A stretch of DNA of 32,000 nt from Candidatus Saccharimonadota bacterium (GTDB lineage: Bacteria > Pseudomonadota > Gammaproteobacteria > Enterobacterales > Enterobacteriaceae). Below the pieces are notes generated by a model. That model was not told where the DNA came from and searched no databases. It saw only the letters and a list, made by a program, of their open reading frames with translations. The translations under genes and the position numbers were made by a program. The stretch is from positions 150,001 through 182,000 of the forward strand of contig CP043989.1 in NCBI GenBank assembly GCA_015134435.1, in the 5' to 3' direction. Shown here piece by piece: positions 24,929 through 32,000 of the stretch. Each line of letters opens with the position of its first letter. The first letter of the stretch is position 1.

Positions 24929-24947
24929 ATATATATATATATATATA
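24929..24947. repeat. (AT)9 dinucleotide microsatellite in the rpsT/mnmA spacer
   Basis: There is a direct 19-nt run atatatatatatatatata. Confidence 0.9.
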
Positions 24948-25333
24948 AAATATAAATAATATATATAATATATATAATTTAAATAAATTATTTATTAAAA
25001 TTGATTATATTTAAAAAAAATAATAATAAATTATTTTAATATTATTATAAACTAAAAAATAAAATATATATATATTTCATTATAAATAAATAAAAATATT
25101 TATAAAAAAATAACATATTTAATAATTATTTTATTATTTATATAACAAATTAAATATTTATTTATATAAAATATATAATAATAAATTTTAAAAATATTTT
25201 ATAAATAAAAAATATAAAAATTAAAATAATAAATATTATAAAATATTTTAAAAAATATAAAAAATTTAATATTATAAAATATTATTATACAATATTAAAA
25301 TAAATAAATTAAAAATTATAAAATATAAAAAAT

Positions 25334-26422
25334 ATGAAAATATTTAAAATAATAAAAATAATAATAGCATTATCTGGAGGAGTTGATTCTTCTGTTACAG
25401 CATGAATATTAAAACAATTAGGATATAAAATAGAATGTGTATTTATAAAATGTTGAGAAGAAAATTATAAAAAAAAATGTAAATATAAAAAAGATTATAA
25501 AGATGCAAAAAATATATGTAAATTTTTAAATATAAAATTATATAATATAAATTTTTCTTATGAATATTGAAAAAAAGTATTTATTATATTTATAAAAAAT
25601 CAAAAAAATAATAAAACTTTAAATCCAGATATATTATGTAATAAAAAAATTAAATTTAATATATTTTTAAAATTTGCTATAAAAATTTTAAAAGGAAATT
25701 ATATCTCTACAGGACATTATATAATAAAAAAAAGAAAAAAAAATAAATTTTATTTATTAAAAGCAATAGATAAAAAAAAAGATCAAAGTTATTTTTTATA
25801 TATTTTAAAACAAAAACAAATAGAAAAATGTATATTTCCATTAGGAAAATATTATAAAAAAAATATAAGAAAAATAGCTAAAAATTTAAATTTAATTAAT
25901 TATAAAAAAAAAGATTCTACTGGTATATGCTTTATAGGAAAAAAAAATTATTTTAATTTTATAAAAAAATATATAAAAAATAAACCTGGAAAAATAATTA
26001 ATATAAATAATAAAATTTTAGGAAACCATAAAGGATTACATTTATATACAATAGGTCAAAGAAAAAATTTAAATATTAATTTAGGGCAAAATAAACCATA
26101 TTATATATTTAAAAAAAATAAAAAAAATAATACAATAATAGTTGTAAAAGGAATAAAAAATTCTCTTTTATATTCTATAGGAGCTTTTATTAATAAAATA
26201 CATTTTATTAATAAAAAAAATAAAAATAAAAAAATAATATTTTGTAATATAAAAATAAGACATCAACAATATAAAAATATAAAATCTAAAATATATATAA
26301 ATAAAAAAAAAATAATATTTGAAAAACCATTATTTGCAATAACTCCAGGTCAATCAATAGTATTTTATAAAAAAAATATATGTTTAGGAGGAGGAATAAT
26401 AAAAAAAAATATACAAAATTAA
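25334..26422 (+). CDS. mnmA: tRNA-specific 2-thiouridylase MnmA
   Basis: I read the frame by hand from ATG at 25334 to TAA at 26420-26422. The PP-loop IALSGGVDSSVTAW has TGA as Trp. FIKCWEE, KDQSYFL, DSTGICFIG and the C-terminal TPGQSIVFY...CLGGGII are present. The product is 362 aa. It is absent from the ORF track because of frequent TGAs. Confidence 0.92.
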
Positions 26423-28503
26423 AAATAAATATTAAAATTATAAAAATTTTTAAATAAAATAAATATTTTATTTAATAAATTTAATCTATTTAATTTTAAA
26501 TTTATATTTTTAACATCTATTTTAATAAAATTTAAAAAATTATTTATTTTTTTTATAGATATAAAAAAATATTTAATTAAATTATTATAATTATGATTTA
26601 AATAAAATATTTTAATTTTTTTTTTTAATATACATATATATTTATATAAAATAATTTCTTCTTTTTTTTTTAATAAATTAATATAAAATATATTAATATT
26701 AATAAATTTATTAAATTTAATTAATAAATTATTTAATCTTTTATATATATAAATAAATTTTTTAAAATATATTATATTTTTAAATTTTATAATTATATCA
26801 ATACGATTTTTTATATCTAAAATATCAAAATTATTAATTTTATAATAAATTCCAAAAATTATTTTTTTAGAATATTTTAATTTAATTAAATAATTTATAA
26901 ATCTTTTATTTATATAATTTAATATAATTAATATATTTTTTTTTTTTATAATATTTTTATTATTAAATAAAAAAATTGAATATTTAATTATTTTATAAAA
27001 ATTAATATAAAATTTATTATTTAATATAACTTTTATAATTAAAAAAGATATTTTTCTTAACCCATAAGGATCATTTTTTTTTTCTAAAAATTTAAAATCA
27101 TATAATATAAATATACTAATTAAATCATCTATTTTATCTATTAAAAAAATTAATAAACTATATATATTATTATTATTTTTAATACTATAATGATTTTTTA
27201 TTATTAATGAAATATTTAAAGATTCACCATCTAATAAAGAATAATACATACCTATTATTCCTTTTAAATTATTATAATACTTATATAAATTAGTAACTAA
27301 ATCACATTTTATTAATAAAATTGAATAATATAAAATATTTAAATCAATATTTAAATAATTTAAATAAAATAAAATATTTTTAGATAAAAATAACATTCTT
27401 GTTATTTTATTTAAATAATTACCTACTTTTTTATGAAAAATAATATTTTTTAATTTATATAAATAACTAATTAAATAAAATTTTCTATCTTTTATAAAAA
27501 AATTTTTTATTTCATTTAATTCAGAATTAATAACATTTTCATAACCATCTTTTATTTTATTAAAATTATAAATCTTATTATCAATAATAATAACAAAATA
27601 ATTTTTTAAATCATTTTTTTCATTAAAAGAAATAAAACCAAAATATTTTTTTATAATAAAAATTATAATTTTTTCTGGTAAAAATAAAAATTTTTTATTA
27701 AAATTACATAAAATACCTAAAGGTCATTCAATCATAGAAACAATTTTATTTAAATAATTATTTTTATAAATAAATTTTATATTTTTTTTTAAAGAAAAAT
27801 TATTTAATATATTTAAAATTTTTTTTCTTCTATATTTATAATCTATAATAACCTTTCCATATTTTAATAAATAAAATATATATTTTTTAGAACTATTTAA
27901 AAAAATTTTTTTATTATTAATAAATTTATGTCCTAATATAAAATTACTTGATTTAATACCAAAAATATTTAAATTTATTTTTTTATTATTAAACATAATA
28001 ATAATATTTCTTACAGGTCTAAAAAAAAAATATTTTCCATTACCTCAAGTCATAATTTTATTATTTTTTAATAAATTAATAATAGTTTTATTTAATATAA
28101 TAAATATTAATTTTTTTATATTATATATATTAATATTTATTTTAAAAAAAAAATTTTTAAAATTATTTTTATTAAAATATTTTATTTTTTTTATAGATAA
28201 ACCTATTTTTTTTGATCAATTAATTAATATTTTATTTTTTAATATATCTTTTTTTTTAATATTAATTTTAGGACCATATATAATTTTATAAGTATTATTA
28301 AAATTTTGATTAAAACTTAATTTTTTAATTAAACAAGAAATTCTTCTTAATGTAACAAAAACTTTTATTTTTTTAAAATAAAAATTATATTTTTTTAATT
28401 GATATTTTAAATATTTATTAAAATAAACATTAATATATTTTAATTTATCAATAGGTAATTCTTCTGAATTAATTTCTATTAATAAAAGACCTTTTTTAAA
28501 CAT
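26419..28503 (-). CDS. glyS: Glycyl-tRNA synthetase beta subunit
   Basis: Three track ORFs share one frame, and I checked by hand that the gaps contain only TGA interruptions. The N-terminal LLIEINSEELP matches GlyS (FLVEIGTEELP). The product is 694 aa (E. coli about 689), and the gene lies immediately downstream of glyQ. Confidence 0.9.
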
Positions 28504-28517
28504 TTATATTCCTATTT

Positions 28518-29372
28518 TTATTTATTTAAATATAAATAAGCAATTTTATTAAAAATATTTCTAATACATAAAATATTTTTTTGTCTTTCTATTTTAGAAA
28601 AATAATTTTTAGCATCTAATAAATTAAAATAATAAACCATTTTAATAGCAAATTCATATGAAATTTTAATTAAAGGTTTAGATAAATTAATTAATCTTAA
28701 AGATTCATTTTTATAATTATTCATACAAGAATTTAAAAAATTTATATCTGAATTATTAAAAATATAATCTGATCTTTCTATCTCATTATTTAATATATTA
28801 ATATATTTTATATTATTAGATTTATAATTATCTCAAATTAATTTATTTATACTATTTACATTTTGTAAATATAAAGATATTCTTTCTAATCCATAAGTAA
28901 TTTCACAAAGTACTGGTATACAATTAAAACCACCCATTTTTTGAAAATAAGTAAATTGTGTAATTTCCATACCATTTAATCAAACCTCTCATCCTACTCC
29001 ATATGCTCCTAAAGTTGGATTTTCTCAATTATCTTCAACAAAACGTAATTCAGATAAATTTAAATTAATATTTAAATATTTTAAAGATTTTATATATAAA
29101 TTTTGAATATTATTTAAAGATGGTTTAACAATAGTTTGAAATTGATAATATTGTTGTAATTTATTATAACTATCACCATATCGTGCATCATTTGGTCTTC
29201 TACATAATTGTACATAAGAATAAAATATATTTTTTTTATTAAAACAATTAAAAAAAGTAATAGGATGAAATGTAGCAGCACCAATTTCCATATCTAATGG
29301 TTGAATAATATAACTACCTAAATTAGATCAATATTTACATAATTTAAAAATTAATTTTTTAAAAGTAATCAT
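28518..29372 (-). CDS. glyQ: Glycyl-tRNA synthetase alpha subunit
   Basis: The start at 29372 opens [78 protein letters not shown] and EITYGLER are present. All Trp positions are TGA and align to my recollection of the E. coli GlyQ tryptophans. The product is 284 aa. Confidence 0.93.
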
Positions 29373-29479
29373 ATAATTATATTTAAATTTTATAAATAAA
29401 ATTATTTTTAAAAATTTATTATTAATAATTATACATATAAATTATTTTAATTAAAAATATTTATAATAAATATATATAT

Positions 29480-29833
29480 TTATTTTAATATTTTTATATA
29501 TGCTAAAGGAGCATTATCACCTTTTCTATAACCACATTTTAAAATTTTAGTATAACCACCAAAATTTTTTAAAAATCTAGGTCCTATAAAATATAATAAT
29601 TTATTTACATTTTTTTTATTTCTAATAATAGAAAATAATATTCTTTTATTATGCAAATTATGTATTTTAGATCTAGTTATTATTTTTTCTATAAAAATTC
29701 TCAATTCTTTAGCTTTAAATAAAGTAGTTTTTATTAATTCATAATGTATTAAAGAATTAATCATATTTTTAAACATAGATTTTCTATGACTACTATTTCT
29801 ATTTAATTTACGACCTTTTTTTTTATGACGCAT
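29480..29833 (-). CDS. rplQ: 50S ribosomal protein L17
   Basis: [24 protein letters not shown]...[12 protein letters not shown] is near-identical in pattern to L17 ([24 protein letters not shown]). Confidence 0.95.
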   Translation of the reverse strand: [117 protein letters not shown]

Positions 29834-29848
29834 ATTTTTATTCCTTTT

Positions 29849-30844
29849 TTATTTTTTTTTTAATTTATTAGGAGGTCAATTATTTAATTTCATACCTAAT
29901 TTTAATCCTTTAGATAATAATATATTTTTTATTTCTAATAAAGATTTTTTACCTAAATTAGGAGTTTTTAATAATTCTATTTCAGTTTTTTGTACTAAAT
30001 CACCTATATAATATATAGATTCCGTTTTTAAACAATTTGCTGATCTTACAGTAAGATCTAAATTATTAACAGAAGATAATAAAATAGGATTAAATTTATT
30101 ATTTATATCTTTATTTTTATTTAAAATATTTTTATTTAAATTAACAAAAATACTTAATTGATCAATTAAAATTTTAGAAGCTTTACGAATAGCTAATTCA
30201 GAATCTATAGTTCCATTAGTTTCAATTTTTAATATTAATTTATCTAAATTATTAAATTCTTTAGAACGAATATTTTTAATTTTATATGAAACACATTTTA
30301 TAGGAGAATAATATGCATCAATAAATAATTTATTTTTTAATAAATTATCATTATTTTTAAAAAATTTTTTTTTAAATGAAGAAGACATATATCCTCTACC
30401 TAATTCTATTTTCATACGCATTAAAATAGAACTATCTTCAGAAGTTAAATTACATATAACATATTTTGGATCTACTAAATTAAATTTTACATTAGAAGTA
30501 ATATCTGAAGCTAAAATAGGTCCTATACCTTTTTTTTTTATTAATAAAATAGCTTCATTTAAATTATTATCTAAACTTATATATAAATTTTTTAAATTTA
30601 AAATTATTTCTATAATATCTTCTAATAAACCATCTTTAACACTATATTCATGAGAAACACCATCAATTTCTAATTCAGTAATAGCATAACCAGGAATAGA
30701 AGATAATAATATACGTCTTAAAACATTTCCCAAAGTATATCCAAACCCTCTTTCTAAAGGTTTTAAAATTATAAAAGAAGAAGTATTTGAAATTTTTTTT
30801 ATTTTCATTAATTTAGGTTTTAAAATTTTTAAATTATTAATCAT
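29849..30844 (-). CDS. rpoA: DNA-directed RNA polymerase alpha subunit
   Basis: The track ORF ends at a TGA (29876-29878). The true end is TAA at 29849-29851, giving [16 protein letters not shown] (E. coli LGMRLENWPPASIADE). [13 protein letters not shown] of the alpha-CTD is present. The product is 331 aa. Confidence 0.95.
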
Positions 30845-30870
30845 AATTAATTAATCTCATAATTATTAAT

Positions 30871-31491
30871 TTATTTTGAATAAAATTCTAAAATAAGATG
30901 ATCTTCTATATCAGGAAAAATATATTTTTTTTTAGGAAAAAATTTAAACACACCTTCTAATTTTTTAATATCAATTTCTAATCAATTAGGTAATTCACGC
31001 TGTTTAAATAATTCTAAAGAATATTTAATACGATCTTGATTCTTTGCTTTATTTCTAATACTTATTATATCATTTAAAGATACTAAAAATGATGGAATAT
31101 TAACAATTTTATTATTAACTAAAATACATTTATGATTTATTAATTGACGAGATTCCGAACGAGTTACTCCAAAACCCATTCTATAAACAACATTATCTAA
31201 TCTTCTTTCTAAAAATAAAAATAAAATTTCACTTGTATTTTTTTTTAAACAAACAGATTTTTTATAATAATTTAAAAATTGCTTTTCTGTAATACCATAT
31301 ATATAACGAATTTTTTGTTTTTCTCTTAATTGAAGACCATAATCTGACAATCTATTTTTTTTATATCCATGTTGTCCAGGTAAACGACTAATATTACATT
31401 TTGATTCAATAGGACGTAAATTAGATTTTAAAAATAAATCAGTACCTTGTCTACGACTTAATTTTAATTTAGAACCTAAATATTTAACCAT
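30871..31491 (-). CDS. rpsD: 30S ribosomal protein S4
   Basis: The track ORF ends at TGA 30982-30984. The frame continues to TAA at 30871-30873, giving [41 protein letters not shown] (E. coli PTWLEVDAGKMEGTF...INEHLIVELYSK). The product is 206 aa. Confidence 0.95.
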
Positions 31492-31520
31492 TTTATAAAT
31501 TCCTAAAAATAATTATTTTA

Positions 31521-31913
31521 TTAAATACGTCTTTTTTTAGGTGGACGACAACCATTATGAGGTATAGGTGTAATATCATTAATATTAATAATATTAAAAC
31601 CAGCATTATATAAAGCTCTTATACTTGATTCTCTTCCAGGACCAGGTCCATTTATCATAATTTCTAAATTTTTTATATTATATTGTTTAACAATTTCAAT
31701 ACATTTTTCTGTAGCTATTTGTGCTGCAAAAGGAGTAGATTTTCTAGATCCTCTAAAACCTGATCCACCTGATGTTTTTCATCCTAATACATTACCAAAT
31801 TTATCAGTAATACTAATTATAGTATTATTAAAAGAAGCATAAATATAAGCTATACCATTAAATATTTGCTTTTTTTTTTTTTTTTTAATATTTTTTTTAA
31901 ATATTTTAGACAT
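31521..31913 (-). CDS. rpsK: 30S ribosomal protein S11
   Basis: Hand translation gives [46 protein letters not shown](TGA)[20 protein letters not shown]...[17 protein letters not shown], with TAA at 31521-31523. It is not in the ORF track because of the TGA. Confidence 0.93.
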
Positions 31914-31931
31914 AAAATTTTCCAAATAAAA

Positions 31932-32000
31932 TTATTTTTTAAATTTACGTAATTTTTTACAAGTTTTAGCATTTGTTTTTGTACGTTGACCACGTACAGG
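31932..32000 (-). CDS. rpsM: 30S ribosomal protein S13, 3'-terminal fragment (gene continues beyond the window)
   Basis: The reverse strand reads PVRGQRTKTNAKTCKKLRKFKK followed by TAA at 31932-31934, matching the S13 C-terminus (LPVRGQRTKTNARTRKG). Its position upstream of rpsK-rpsD-rpoA-rplQ follows the canonical alpha operon. Confidence 0.85.
   Translation of the reverse strand, partial: PVRGQRTKTNAKTCKKLRKFKK

Noticed and set aside
29373-29479. Sigma-70-like -10/-35 hexamers in intergenic spacers, for example upstream of glyQ, in the serS/trxB spacer (5867-5973) and in the dnaK/ileS spacer. A sigma-32 heat-shock promoter upstream of dnaK was also considered.
   Set aside because: Almost every hexamer in these spacers resembles TATAAT, so no specific call is defensible. 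I saw no CTTGAAA...CCCCAT-like sigma-32 element.

Overview
This window looks like a core housekeeping segment of an extremely reduced, extremely AT-rich bacterial endosymbiont genome that reads UGA as Trp (translation table 4). G+C is well under 20% by eye. The supplied ORF track uses the standard code and so fragments about half the genes. Reading TGA as Trp fuses the fragments into 29 full-length conserved genes plus one doubtful orphan ORF. In map order they are dnaB(partial)-ssb-rpsA-ihfB, dusA, serS, trxB-infA-nusB-clpP-clpX-lon, tRNA-Arg(UCU), cysS, RNase P RNA, der, hisS, the orphan ORF, tsaB, dnaJ, dnaK, ileS-rsmA, rpsT, mnmA, glyS, glyQ, rplQ, rpoA, rpsD, rpsK and rpsM(partial). All 29 confidently called CDS ends are TAA. 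The gene content, code change and base composition resemble betaproteobacterial insect symbionts of the Zinderia/Nasuia type; this is an inference that I cannot confirm without a database search. I found no mobile elements, CRISPR arrays, defence or toxin systems, or any novel multi-gene system. The points worth a second look are consequences of extreme genome reduction. They are the code reassignment; stop codons shared in TTAA between convergent genes; an RNase P RNA and a tRNA embedded in a same-strand mRNA array; ClpX without its zinc-binding domain; a proline-less, short-armed IHF/HU protein; a Der GTPase with a degenerate first G domain; long in-frame homopolymers in essential genes; and two gaps of about 550 bp, one only about 2% G+C.
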